In this document: positions 1-12,697 of the stretch, in pieces
Numbering within the stretch: the first letter of the stretch is position 1
How the letters are laid out: each line of letters opens with the position of its first letter
Made by a program: the position numbers and the translations under genes
The notes under the pieces: generated by a model
Told to the model about the DNA's origin: nothing
Database searches by the model: none
Seen by the model: only the letters and a program-made list of their open reading frames with translations
Assembly (NCBI RefSeq): GCF_001194135.2
Contig: NC_069008.1
Span: 9,951,123 to 10,014,510 of the forward strand
Direction: 5' to 3'
Source of the DNA: Octopus bimaculoides
Lineage: Eukaryota
Length of the DNA: 63,388 nt

Positions 1-44
<44 letters not shown>

Positions 45-45
45 A

Positions 46-2830
46 GGGTTACTTGGTGTTACTCGGGAGCCAACCGCCATATGACACTGTTTTGCCATGC
101 TAAATGCATTTTTGCATTTCATTTTTAAGATCCCTATTTTCGGCCCATGTCCTTTCACCTCTTAATTGTGTTATTTATTCATCTTAATAACTATTTATTC
201 TAAATCTAGAACTTCCTCCCCAGAATAAAGTAGTAGCAATACTCGAAGAAGCAACAACCAAAGCTATTTTTTTTCTCTTGTCGTACTTTGGCAAGTAAAA
301 GTTTAGTGACAAATGTTTTGCCAGTTCCTGCCAGAGCGTCAAGAAAGAAAGCCTTCCCATTTGATCAAAAACCTTTTCTAGTATAGTATTGTAGAATACT
401 TCTTGTTCAAGCAACAATTTTGGTTCGTTTTCACTAAAATATCTCTTGAGATGTCTTCCATCTCATAGGAAGTTTCATTTAATAGATATGTTGTTGAACT
501 ATTAAGTTCAGAACGATTGGTGTGAGGAAGTTCATACTCATGCAATTCGTTCCCTTTCATAGAAACAACTTTGTTTTCAATGGCAATTAATGTGGCATTG
601 TAGATTTCATCACTGTATTCTATTTTTGTACCAGGACATTGTAATCGAATCTAGTCCATGTAATCTTCCACAAGATATTTTCTGTATCTTAGCCATATTA
701 ATCCTGGATCCACTAAATGACAGTATTTAAGGAGAATGGCAAATGGTGTTCTTAAATTGCCTCCTGTACAGGACACAGAAGCCTCTGACTTAGTAGCCAT
801 CCAATGACTATCATCTTATAATAAACCTAACCTAAAAGTTACTTCTCTATTCAAAGCACAAACATAACCATCAACAGTTCGGAGGTCGATAAAAGATGTG
901 GGACCACGTATTTCATGGAGAAGCAAACGCAAGTAAAAACATTCCTGCTGAGTTGGATGCACAGTATAAACTCTTCCCCGAACATTGTCAAATCGGATAT
1001 TAGGATAACCATCAATCTCAGTGCCTCTTTTTCTGTGAGTCCATTGTTTGTTGTTCCATGTATAATATGACAGTAATTGAGAGTACAACAGGGTTTTAGT
1101 GAAAGATTCTTTCTGGCAAAGTTTGAAAAATGCTGTTAATGTAGTTTCTCTTGGAGCTAGGGATTGCTGAGCAGCAGTTTATGTTGTGAAATATATTCTT
1201 TGCCTATTCTCTTAATGAACAGAGAGTTGTTTCTCTGGAGGACATGGTTCGTGAGTAGGAAGTCAAAAATTCTTCAGAAGGCCTCATTGCTACAAATATA
1301 CCATCCCATTTGTAAGTGTGTCACTTCATCTTGAAATGTCAGTTGTTGAAGAGTGAACCATTGCAGCATTAGAACCCTTATTAACATATTTACAAATGTA
1401 CTTAATTAACTTTATAGAATAACAATATTCTACATTTATGTGTGCTTTGAATGTCTTAGACAAAGGAGGGCAGTAAAGCACTATCCATTGATTACCAATT
1501 GTATGGTGACCAATTTTTGTTTCAAAACCTCCATCTTGTGGTGCCCTTCTTCTGTATGATGGATATCCATCATTACCCGTTTGCATTTCTTTGATGAAAT
1601 TTTTAGGATAATGTTTCGTACACTTCATGTCTTTCATGCAAGGAGCAGCTGGGTTGAGGTCACCACATGGGCCATGAACCATGTTCAATTTTACAATTTC
1701 ATAAAGTTCTTTGTCTTTTATAGGGTTTGGAATTTCTGCTGAGATTATGAAATCAATCTCATCAGTTTGAATTTTCTGCAAAAGCCAGATTAATATATGT
1801 GAAGTAGGCCTCTTTTTTGCCATTCAGTGGTATACATGTAACAATGTACTGGTCAAAATACGTAAGACTTAGTTATGAAGTCCATCAATTTCGAAACATT
1901 GAGGATGAAAAACTCTTGCAATTAGGTCATGTCTGTTGATGTATAACTGTCCTGAGACAATTTTTTCAGGTGCATAATTACGATTCGGATCATAATTAAA
2001 TGCTACCCCTTGCCATTGAAATTGTCCATACTTTTCGAGCTGGTTTTTCTCTAGAAAGCTTTCTTCTTGTTAGTCGTATTTTTCAGTCACTTTCACTGTC
2101 TTGTTTTCTATTTATTCTATCTTTTTCACTCCTTTTCTGCAATTGTATTTCCTTGTCTTTTTTATTTTCTTGTACTTTTTTATTTCTATAATTTTCCTTC
2201 TTTCTCTGCAATCTTATTTCCCTATTTTTATCACCTTCTTGTTCTCTTGTCCTCCTCTCATATTCCCTCATTTTTTGCAACCTAACTTTCCTATGTTTTT
2301 TACTTTCTTCTACAATTTTCATATTAAGTTTTTGAATTCTCATTCTTTTCTTGTCTTTTTTACCGTCTTGTGATATTTCATTGCCTTCTACATTTCTTTC
2401 ATGCTCATGACTGTTTATAAGAAAGAGAGCATTGTAGTGGCCATTGTCAAGTTCACCACTATATAACACTGAAATCTTCATGTCTGCAAATGTTTGACTG
2501 CAAACGGTGAACTGAGGAAGAATAATTTCATCATCATTTTCATGATGAACTTGAATTGCAACATTGTACAATTCACTAATGGCAGCTAATTCAACATTAC
2601 CGTTATATGTTCCATCCCTACTCATGTATGCTTTGTATTCCTGCATTGTACTATTTGGAATAAAAGATTGAAAATACTTCCAATTATTGCATATGTATCA
2701 TACAGACTCTTCCTGGAGAGTTTGGTAATTTCTGTTGTTTTTGAGCAAGAGTGATACAGCTCTGAACAGAGTTACCATCACCCATGACTTTTATTAAAGC
2801 AGTGAATTAATAAATTAATGTAATTGTTGA
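46..2830 (-). mobile_element. Helitron remnant A (OTU protease - coiled coil - Rep/HUH - start of Pif1 helicase - 3' end), internally deleted, many stops and frameshifts
   Basis: Minus-strand motifs: RHDLIARVF (~1910-1935), EWQKRGL..HILIWL (~1790-1825), MVHGPCG..NP.APCM, INVEYC.SIK.IKYICKYVNKG, RVYTVHP.QQECFYLRLLL..IRGPTSF.DLRTVDG, IALVVASSSIATTL; degenerate terminal hairpin ctcccgagtaacaccaag at ~50-70. Confidence 0.9.
2420..2800 (-). pseudogene. OTU-like cysteine protease domain of Helitron A, frameshifted at the catalytic Cys codon
   Basis: Minus strand reads IKVMGDGN/LFRAVS...YMSRDGTYNGNVELAAISELYNVAIQVH...ELDNGHYNAL, matching OTU GDGNCLFRA and GHY boxes; sequence gatggtaac-t-ctgttcagagct lacks 2 nt of the Cys codon. 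Confidence 0.8.
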
Positions 2831-3499
2831 ATATTTTAAAATAAATTCAGTAAGGGGCTTCACCTTCAGTTTAATCTTTGGATGGTTTTGAGAACAGAAC
2901 ATGATGGAAAATTGCAACACCAAAAGGGATAAGATACTAAATGATAGCAATTTCTCCTTTAGAAATCTGTCTTTCTAACTTTGCAATGGATGAATGAATG
3001 ATTATAATTTTGTAAATTATAAAAGCGAAGTTAATAAGGTACTTCACCTTCAATGTTGTCTTGAATCGTCTTCATGAAAAGAAAAGTGAATTAACTCTAA
3101 GTATTTAGCAGATGAGAACTTCTTTATCATCTGTTCATAAATGGAAAAAGAGGAATACTTTGATTATTTTTGGATAATTTCTGTTTAAACGTTGTCAAAT
3201 ACTTGTCTATAGATTTGTGTGTGTGTGTGTTACAGAGAGACAGACAAACAAACAGAGAGTGAGAGACAGAGAGAAAGAGACTCAAGCAAAAAGAAGGACA
3301 TTGAAAGTGTACGCGCCGCATGTATCTCTGAATGATAACTGTATCAGTGTTACTATCCCACTGCCACTCCATATTTGTCACTTATACAACTCAGTCCTCT
3401 CCTTCTCTGATATCAGTCACACTATCACTCTTGCACCCTTCTCATTTTATTAAATGATAGCCCAACCTACCACTTTGATTTTATAAATTATATAAGATA

Positions 3500-3552
<53 letters not shown>

Positions 3553-3567
3553 TATATATATGATATA

Positions 3568-3602
<35 letters not shown>

Positions 3603-3668
3603 TATATATATATATATATGCATATATACATACATATATGCACATACATACATATATATATATATATG
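3500..3668. repeat. (TA)n-rich microsatellite
   Basis: Directly visible. Confidence 0.95.
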
Positions 3669-3870
3669 TAAACAGAATTTTATGGAAACCCACTGTTCCT
3701 TTGTTTCAACAATTGCAAAATATGTACCATGTGACAGTACGACTTTACTTGAGACTGCCTGTCAGCAGACTGATGCCTGAGGATCACATCAAATGGGTTG
3801 CAGAAGTCTGAACTACATTTGAATTGCCCCACAGAGAACATTTTCAGTTACTTTTCGGTACACCCTCGTA
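3669..3870 (-). mobile_element. Mariner 5' fragment (same family as 5900-7148)
   Basis: Reverse complement begins ta-cgagggtgtaccgaaaagtaactgaaaa, matching the TIR at 5900; followed by homology to the 5' part of that element. Confidence 0.8.
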
Positions 3871-3939
3871 TATATGGTGTAAGCAGAGAATTATATCAGG
3901 TAGCCAGAAGGGAAGCGAGGCAAGGTTTACTTAATAAAA

Positions 3940-5215
3940 AGTAAGAGGTTTGCAAATGTTTTACAATGTGGGGGTCAGAGGTGTGAGGTATTCAGGATTG
4001 CAAAGCAGTGTATCAGAGACAATAGAGATGTGTTGGGTGAGAAATGTGTGCAAATGGATAATGGTATGCTTGGACTTAGTGACTCAGAGAAGAATGATGT
4101 GCAGAAGTGCCACTATGAAAGGTTACTAGATGCATAGGAGAAGGAGAGTTTTTCAAATATCGAACCAATTGAGGGACGAACCATCAGTGTTGATAGCAGT
4201 ATAATAAATAAGGAAATTAAGGATATGAAGACGGAGAAAGCCCCTGGACCATCAGGAATCACTGCTGAGATGATTAGAATATCTGGTTGGGCAGGATACA
4301 GCCTTGCCACTCATATAGTTAATCAGGTTATTCATGAAGGCATCATCCCCAATGACTGGTGTAGTAATATTATAGTCAGCTACTACAAGGGTTAAATGTG
4401 ATGCCTTAGGTAGAAACAACTACAGCGGTATCAACCTGCTGGACCAGGTCATGAAAGTTACAGTGAGAGTTATAGCTCAATTGATTAGGAATAGAATGAA
4501 ACTAGATAAGATATGGTTTGATTTTGTATGTGAGAAGAGTACCACAGATGCCATCTTCCTAGGGAGACTAGGAAGGTCTATGATGAACCTCCAGGTTATA
4601 ACAGACGAATTCAAATTCCCAGGAGGCTCTCTTGAGGTAGTAGATAGTTTCTGTTAGCTAAGTGACCAAATTAGCAATGGTGGAGGTTACTCTGAAAGTA
4701 TTGTTTCTAGAATAAGAATGTGATGGCGGAAGTTCAGAGAGCTACTACCTCTGATGGCAACAAAAAGACTCTCTCTCAGAGTGAAAGATAGATTATATGA
4801 TGCTTGTGTATAAATGGCTATACTCCATAGCAGTCAGACATGGGCTCTGAATGCAGAAGACATGCATAGACGAGAGAGGAATGAAGGCAGTATGCTACAC
4901 TGGATGTGCAGCATCAGTGTGCATGAATAACAAAATGCAAATATGTTCAGAAAAAAGTTGGGCAGAAGAGGAATCAAATACAAGAGTGGAGATTATGCTG
5001 GTTTAGCTATGTGATGTGTATGAGTGAAGACAGCTGTACACAGAAGTGCCTGTCACTGAAAGTGGATGGTACCTGTGGAAGAGGGAGACCCAGGAAGGCA
5101 TGGAATGTAGTGGTGAGGACCGATCTCAAGATGTTAGGGTTCACAGAGGAAATGACAATGGACCAAGATGTCTGATTATATGAAGTTCTAGAGAAGACCC
5201 ACCCACATTAGTGAA
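3940..5215 (+). mobile_element. RTE-clade LINE ORF2 fragment (RT N-terminal part joined by a deletion to the post-RT region), decayed
   Basis: KEIKDMKTEKAPGPSGITAEM, IPNDW.SNIIVSYYKG, STTDAIFL, then LEVVDSF..LGDQIS.GGG, RLYDACV, GRGRPRKAW. Confidence 0.85.
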
Positions 5216-5607
5216 TCTGCATTCTAGAAGCATTGTGTCTTCCAGCCACACATAACAATAAAAGTAACTACAAACCAAACTACATCTCTTCTCCCAAACT
5301 GCATCTTTTCTCTTCCTCACATTTTTTCTTCCCTCCACCATAATCATCTCCTGCTCCCCAATCCTCTCCCCACTGCCCTGCTCACTGTATTGTTGCTATA
5401 CCTGGGTTCTCACCAGTCACTGCATCCTCTACCCCACCCCCTACTCACAGTTTTTGGGCAATGCTTTGCCACTTATATTATGACCTCCATACTTTGAGGG
5501 TATGCCCTGGCACTTGCCACTATCTACCTACCTCTCTATCCCTTTACTCTATTATCCCATCTATGTTCTGATCCCTGTTCTTTGTAAATATGACCTGCAC
5601 TTTGCCA

Positions 5608-5610
<3 letters not shown>

Positions 5611-5680
<70 letters not shown>
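5611..5680. repeat. (CT)n microsatellite
   Basis: Directly visible. Confidence 0.95.
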
Positions 5681-5683
<3 letters not shown>

Positions 5684-5899
5684 AGGTACCTCTTCCTGTT
5701 TCTGTTTCTCTGTCATACTCTAACCTTTCATCATCTGGCACCAAGATCACCTCCTCCTCCAATGTTCCCTCTTGCAAGTTACTTGGTGACCCTGCCGGTA
5801 CTAGTGCCACATAAAAAGCACTCAGTCCACTCTGCGGGGTGTTTGGTGTTAGGAAGGGCATTCAGTCATAAAACCCATAAGTCCACCTGCCTTACGTTA

Positions 5900-7148
5900 T
5901 GAGAGGGTACCCAAAAGTAACCAGAAATGTTCTCTGTGGGCCAACTCGTAGTTCAGGCTTCTGACAACTAACATCAATGATTGAAGATGTACTGCCACGT
6001 GGTACATCTTTGTTTTGCAGTGCTTCTTTCCTGTTTGTCAATTTTTGTAATGGTTGAAATGAAAGAACAATGCGCTACCATGAAATTCTGCTTTCTGCTG
6101 AGGAAATGGCAACTGAAACAGTTGTCATGCTTCAAACAGCTAGCAAGGACACTGCTAAGAGCAAAGCACAAGTTTATGAGTGGTTTTCATGCTTTAGGAA
6201 AGGTCACTTGTTGCTTGAAGGGCAACCCAGTTCAGGGTGTCTTTCGACCTCCCAAACGAATGAAAACATCGCAAAAATTCATGAACTGATCTTGGAGGAC
6301 CCACCACTGAACAATTGACGAACTTGTTGATATGACTGGTATGTCCCTGATATCCTGTGAATTAATTTTGAGTGAAGGATTGTGAATGAAAAGAGTTGCT
6401 GCAAAATTAGTGCCTCACTTGCACACGGAAGATCAAAAGCAGTCACTATTGAATGCATGTCATGAACTGAAACAGCAGGTGGAAGTTGATCTGGACCTAT
6501 TTTTGAAGGTCGGTGACAAAAGCTGGTGTTATGGCTGCGACCCAGAAATGAAGCAGCAGTCAAATCAATGGAAGCATTCAATGTCACTACACCCCCAAAA
6601 AGTATGTCAAATGAAGTCCAATGTCAAGACGATGCTGATTTGTTTCATTGATTTGAAAGGAATTGTCCACACAGAATTTGTTTCTCATGGTCACACTGTT
6701 AACCAGACATTTTACTTGGAAGTTCTGAAGCATTCGCAAGACACAGTGAGTTGAAAATGCCCTGACCTGTGGCAAAGTGGAGAGTGATGATTTCATTATG
6801 ACAATGCATCTGCACAAACTGCATTGAGTGTGAAACAGTTTTTGCCAAAAATGGCATGACCCCCGCTTATTCACCCAATCCATGAGACTTTTTCTGTTCT
6901 CCTGAATGAAAATTCCTGAAAGGAAAGTGTTTTGCAGATGTCGAAGAGGTGAAGAAAAGAACAACAGAGGTATTAAATAGCATCACTTCACAAGAGTTAC
7001 AGAACTGCTTTGAACAGTGTAACTGTCATCTGGACTGATGCATTGCTTCAGATGGAGAATACTTTGAAGTCAATAAAAGTGTAGACACATAAAACTAAGT
7101 GAATAAAATAATATTGCAAAATTCCGGTTTCTTTTAGCTACCCCATCA
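5900..7148 (+). mobile_element. Near full-length mariner (Tc1/mariner) transposon with dead transposase
   Basis: Left TIR ta-tgagagggtacccaaaagtaaccagaa; right TIR attccggtttcttttagctaccccatca; transposase motifs EDPPL, LVPHLHTEDQK, GDKSWCYGCDPEMKQQS, KTMLICFIDLKGIVH, HYDNASAQTA; stops and loss of the YSPDL region. Confidence 0.9.
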
Positions 7149-7257
7149 GTAACTGTAAATTTTGCTCTGAAAAATTCAACTTGCATGCCAGTAAAGATGG
7201 AGTCCCTTTATCCTAAATTTTCCCAACTATGATGTATATACCATCATCATTGTTACC

Positions 7258-7802
7258 TGGGACCACCACTTCTACCACTGCTTACATCATTGCCAGTTTG
7301 TCTATCAGTACCACTATCATCATTACAATCATCTCCCCTACCACCATCATATCAACATCCACCTTCACCACTATCACCTCCATCTCCACCACTACAGCCT
7401 TCTTCACTTCTTTCTTTATTACCCCCCCCCCCCAGCTAGCATCAATGTTACTACTACCACTACAACCACTTGCACCTGTATCGACAAACCCTCATCATCA
7501 CCACCCACTACCACCACCATCACCACCACCTTTACAAACACTTCCCCCACTACAAACACTCCCCCCCCCTGGTACCCAACCCACCACCACCTTTATCACA
7601 TTGTATTCAAAGTCAGCAGTCACACCACCATTACAACCGCAAAGACCCCTGCCTCTGCTACCCCCAACAACAGTTCCATCCCCTCTCTCCACCACCACAA
7701 CTGCCATCATCACAATTACCAACACCAACATCAGCATCACTCCCCCAACACAACCACTTTTATTATTATTAATAATAGCAATAAAAGAAATCATCATCAT
7801 CG

Positions 7803-7846
<44 letters not shown>
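7258..7846. repeat. Low-complexity (ACC/ATC)n tract ending in (ATT)n
   Basis: Directly visible; explains the 242-aa T/P/I-rich pseudo-ORF. Confidence 0.85.
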
Positions 7847-7847
<1 letters not shown>

Positions 7848-9606
7848 TATTGTATCAAGGTGTTAGCAGTGAGTCAGTGATTCTAGCCTGGCTAGTATCA
7901 TGTCTTTTTAGTGCTGCAGTCTGCAGACATCTATTTGTGGTTGTTCTTATTGTTTAGTTTCAGGTTAACTCCTCCCATCCAGTAGACCTGAAAACTAGGA
8001 GAAAGATGATCTGACATAAAACTTACAGTAAAAAATAGTAGCAGTCATCTTACAATGCTTGTTACTGGAACCTATTATGATGACAGAGGAAATGACAAAT
8101 GTGTCATACAATCTTTTGTCACTTAAATCCAATAACATACATATGTCTCTCTATATGTAAGACAGCTATCATCTGAAAAGATGAGGCAATCATACTCTCA
8201 CACACACATAACTGGCTTTCACAGTTTCCCTCTAGCAAATTCACTCACAAGATTTGGTTGGCTCTAGATTACAGTCGATGACACTTGGCCGAAGTGCCAC
8301 TTTGTCACTTTAGCCACTTTACTGAGATGAAACCATGTGGTTACAAAGTGAACTTCATAGCCATACAATCAGCTTGCACTTGGGCACAGCTGTATGCTTA
8401 AGAGGTTTGTTTCCCAACCTCATGGCTCCATTGTATGGCACATTGGGCAAGTCTTTTCTACAACAACTTCAGGTCAACCAATGTTTATGAGTAGATTCAG
8501 TAGATGGTGCTTGAAAAAAGTCCATCAGATATTTGTGTGTATGCATTTGTACCTTCATCTTGACATCATATTTGTAAGCAAGTGTCACAACCATACAAAC
8601 AGTCATTTGTTTTCAATCTTCCATGAAAACATGTCCGGTCATGACAAAATATAACCTTGCATGGAAACAAGTGAGATTCAGTGACAGGAAAGGTATGCAA
8701 CTATAAATAATATTACCTCAACAAACTACATTTGACCCATGCAAGCATTTAAAACGTCAACTAATGCATGCATTAGTTGACATTAGAGTGATAAAACAGT
8801 GATACACACTAACATTACACATTCAGTGAGACATGATCAATTCCATGTCACATTGCACTTGATACATGGACCTCATACAGTCTCCTCTTCATTCAGTGGG
8901 AAAACATCTTTGTTGCATGCAGAACTAATATCTCACTAAATTTTTTTTTCCATCATCCCATTGTTCTTACTCTGACTTTGAGGTTTCTGTTATGCTGACT
9001 TGATCTCCAATGCTAATTAAGTCACTTATATAGATGCTATCAACTTCTAGGGAGCTTTCCAAATACTGATGTTTTTGTAGCAAAGTATGAATAACCAAAG
9101 TGAACTGTTAGCTTGGAAAACAAAGACAAAACAGTAGGATCAATACTACTAAATATCTAGTCTGCTACATAACCATTCATGTCAAATTTAGTGTTATACA
9201 AAGAAATGATTGTTTCTAATCTAGGCACAAGGCCAACAATTTTAGGTACAACATTGGCACTATAATTTATAAACTCTGGACAGATGAAAGATAACATTTA
9301 CCTTCAGAATATAAAGAGCCAGACTAGAAGGAAATAATAATGAGACATGTTGATTATTACAATATTTCAATTTAAACTTCCAACACAAATTTGTTAAATG
9401 TGCAGATATTTGAAGCTAACTGTAAATAAATTTATTGATCTACATCTATATAAACACATTTACTAACAATAATATATAAGTGTATATGTGTGTGCCTGGC
9501 AATTTACATGTATGTATGTGTGTGAGTGTGTGCATACATATATACTTGTGTGTACACATATATATGTGTGGGCGTGTGTGTATGTATATATATATATATG
9601 TATATA

Positions 9607-9653
<47 letters not shown>

Positions 9654-10059
9654 AATAAATGCACTTAAATCTGTAATTCCTGCCTCCATATCTTACTTCA
9701 GTTCTGTTGTGTCTGTTTCCTGCCTTACCTTATTTTGTTATACCCACCACCACCTCTACCCAGCTACACACACACACATTTACACATACATGCGTACAGA
9801 CACTTACATGCACGCATGCACACACACTCCCAAGTTGACAAGTTTTCAATTCCACACATAGAACGGCCAAAAACTAAATTATAAAAGTCATTTCATCTGG
9901 CAGTCTTTTCTTTCTATCAACCCCACTTGTTGTTACAGTAGTAGTAGTAGTTTCTAAGATAATAATAGTTATTGTTCGTAATGATAATAATAATAATAAT
10001 AATGCTGTTCAGTCTTTGCCAAGTTTTAATATATCCACAGACACAATCAAGTCAGCAGT

Positions 10060-10350
10060 CATGTCCATTGGGCAATATGCCAATTCTTTGATGTGAAAAT
10101 GGATAAGAAGTGGTATAAGCATGTACCAAACATGGTATAAGACAATTCACCTGGCTTTAATTATCTGGACATGCTTGTCCAGACTGACAACAAGATCAAT
10201 ACTCACTGTCCAGATATAAATATCAAAGACTGGAATGTACTCTGATTGACAATTTGACTGAAGAAATGTTTTGCTTGATTACATCAGAGGATATGGAAAA
10301 GAAAATTGTCATAGTACAAGGATTGTGAAATTGAAATAAGCAGGGTTTAA
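10060..10350 (+). mobile_element. Decayed restriction-like endonuclease (RLE) end of an R4/Dong-type LINE
   Basis: Reads ICQFFDVKMDKKWYKHVP ... VQTDNKINTHCPDINIKD ... KYKDCEIEISR, resembling the WYEH.P / TD..I.ANRPDI / KYKDL RLE motifs. Confidence 0.6.
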
Positions 10351-10394
10351 TGGGTATTTGTTCATTTTTAAATGAATTTTTCCATGCTGATATG

Positions 10395-11078
10395 GGTTAA
10401 GCAAATATATAGGCTAGGCAAAGTTCAAAGAGTTGCTTGCTTCTCCCTCAGAATGAAAGGCAGATTGTATAATGCCTGTGTGCAAACAGCCATGCCACAT
10501 GGTAGTAAAACATGGGCTGTGACTATAGAAGACATGCAAAGGCTTGAAAGAATTTAGTACACTTCACTAGATGTGCAATGTATGACATAGAGTAAGCATC
10601 TTGAGAGAAAAACTGGGCAGAGGAGACATCAGATGTGGTGTGCAAGAGAGATGACTGCGCTGGTATGGTCATGTGATGCATATGGATGAGGACAGCTGTG
10701 TAAAGAAGTGTCAATCTCTAACTGTGGAGGGAACCTGTGGAAGAGGTAGACCCTGGAAGACATAGATGAGGTGGTAAAGGATGATCTTTGAATGTTGGGC
10801 CTCATGGAAGCAATGTCAAGTGAAACCTTAGCATTTGTCAAGCCAAGTGATATCATAGTCATGGCTGATGCTAGTGTTGCATAACTGGTATTCATGCCAG
10901 TGGCATATAAAAAGTACTCATTACAATCTTGGAGTGGTTTGTATTAGGAATGGCATCCAGCCATAGAAACCATACCGAATCAGACTGGAACTTGGTGCAA
11001 CTCTCTAGCTTACCAGTTCCAGTCAAACCGTCTAACCTATACCAGCATGGAAAGTAGACGTTGAATGATGGTGATGAT
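10395..11078 (+). mobile_element. RTE LINE 3' fragment with 3' UTR and (GAT)n-like tail
   Basis: RMKGRLYNACVQTAMPHGSKTWAV, RWYGHVMHMDEDSCVKKC, GRGRPWKT; UTR gtggcatataaaaagtac...ggaaagtagacgttgaatgatggtgatgat. Confidence 0.85.
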
Positions 11079-11454
11079 TATTACTGTCTACAATAGGCAT
11101 AAGGCTTGAAATTTTGGTGGAGAGGCATAGTTGATTACATTGACCCCTTGTGCTTGACTGGTACTTATTTCATTGACCCCAAAAGGTTGAAAGGCAGAGT
11201 TGATCTCAGAAGAATTTGAACTTGACAATCATATCAATGTGGCTTGTTTTGCAGCTAGGATCCTCTTTCTCACATGAATCCTTAGCTGTTTTACAAATAA
11301 GAAATCCCTTGTACTACATGTCATTCAGGGGCCAAAGCCAGTACGGATTTATTAACAAAGGAAATGACAACACCAATATTGTGGCTCAACAATTTTCAAC
11401 GAAGCATGAACATAAACATACAGACACAGAAACATATTTATGCACACGCACACA

Positions 11455-11524
<70 letters not shown>

Positions 11525-11532
<8 letters not shown>

Positions 11533-11910
11533 TTCTTTCAGTTTCTATCTGCCAGATCCACTCTCAAGGCTTTGGTTGGCCCAAAGCTACAGTAGAAATG
11601 ACTTGCTCAAGGTGCCATACAGTGGGACTGAACCCAGAAATGTGTGGTTGGGAAGCAAGCTTCTTACCACACAACCAGTTCATACTTGACTGGTTCTTTT
11701 ATTATCTACTTGTTCCAGTCATTAGACTGTGGCCATGCTGAGCCACTGCCTTCAAAGATTTTAGTGAAATGAATCAACCCTAGTTGTTTTGAAGCCCAGT
11801 ACTTATTCTATCAGTCTCTTTTGCTATACCGCTAAGTTACAGGGATGTAAACACATCAACACTGGTTGTCAGTCAGTGGTGGGGAACAAGCACAGACACA
11901 AAAACACACA
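11525..11910 (-). mobile_element. SINE family A copies (tRNA-derived head, CORE-like middle), partial
   Basis: Reverse complement of the gtggctgtgtggtaag...ggttcagtcccactg...ggcaccttgggcaagtgtctt sequence seen intact at 61908. Confidence 0.8.
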
Positions 11911-11951
<41 letters not shown>

Positions 11952-11961
11952 NNNNNNNNNN

Positions 11962-11996
<35 letters not shown>

Positions 11997-12324
11997 CATC
12001 GGGGTCAAATATTTATAGGCGCAATAGTGGCTGTGTGGTAAGTAGCTTGTTCACCAACCACATGGTCCTGAGTTCAGTCCCACTGTGTGGCACCATGGGC
12101 AAGTGTCTTCTACTATAGCCTCAGGCTGACCAAAGCCTTGTGAGTGGCTTTGGTAGACAGAAACTGAAAGAAGCCCATGGTATATATATGTTTGTGTCTG
12201 TGTTTGTCCCCCTCCCCCACCATCGCTTGACAACTGATGTTGGTGTAGTTCTATATTTAAGAGATGAGGAATTATGTACATTATTTACAATTGATGGATA
12301 TTTGTCCTCATCTTGTTTGTTGTT

Positions 12325-12370
12325 AACACAACGTTTCGGCTGATATACCCTCCAGCCTTCATCAGGTGTC
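12325..12370 (-). ncRNA. Minimal type I hammerhead ribozyme motif (core intact)
   Basis: GACAC-CUGAUGA-A-GGCUG(gagggtatat)CAGCC-GAA-ACGU-U-GUGUU: stem I 5 bp, stem II 5 bp, palindromic ACGU stem III, GUU cleavage triplet. Confidence 0.75.
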
Positions 12371-12425
12371 TTGGGGAAATTTCAAACCTGGGTTCTCATT
12401 TCTAAGGTATTTTTTGATGTTGTTG

Positions 12426-12467
<42 letters not shown>

Positions 12468-12470
12468 TCA

Positions 12471-12540
12471 TATGGCATAGTGGTTAAGAGCATGGGCTAC
12501 TAACCCCAAGACTCCGAGTTCGATTCCAGGCAGTGACCTG
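12471..12540 (+). promoter_or_regulatory. tRNA-derived Pol III type 2 internal promoter (A and B boxes); not a functional tRNA
   Basis: A box TGGCATAGTGG (12473-12483), B box GTTCGATTC (12518-12526), anticodon-like arm GGG-CTACTAA-CCC; no acceptor stem. Confidence 0.7.
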
Positions 12541-12651
12541 AAAACTAATAATAATAATAATAATAATAATAAACATAACAATAACAACAACAACAACAAC
12601 ATCATCAAAAAATACCTTAGAAGTGAGAACCCATGTTCGAAATTTCCCCAA

Positions 12652-12697
12652 GACACCTGATGAAGCCTGGAAGGTATATCAGCCGAAACGTTGTGTT
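12652..12697 (+). ncRNA. Minimal type I hammerhead ribozyme motif (one stem II mismatch)
   Basis: GACAC-CUGAUGA(12657-12663)-A-GCCUG...CAGCC-GAAACGUU-GUGUU. Confidence 0.7.

Noticed and set aside
2000-2373. Hydrophobic plus-strand ORFs that look like membrane proteins
   Set aside because: Antisense shadow of the K/R/E-rich Helitron coiled-coil region.
7229-7957. 242-aa mucin-like or membrane-like ORF
   Set aside because: Arises from (ACC/ATC/ATT)n low-complexity sequence; no domain and no splice support.
12471-12545. tRNA-Ser(ACT)-like gene
   Set aside because: No acceptor stem and embedded in a repeat; treated as a tRNA-derived promoter. The same applies to the SINE heads at ~48230, 48290 and 59445.
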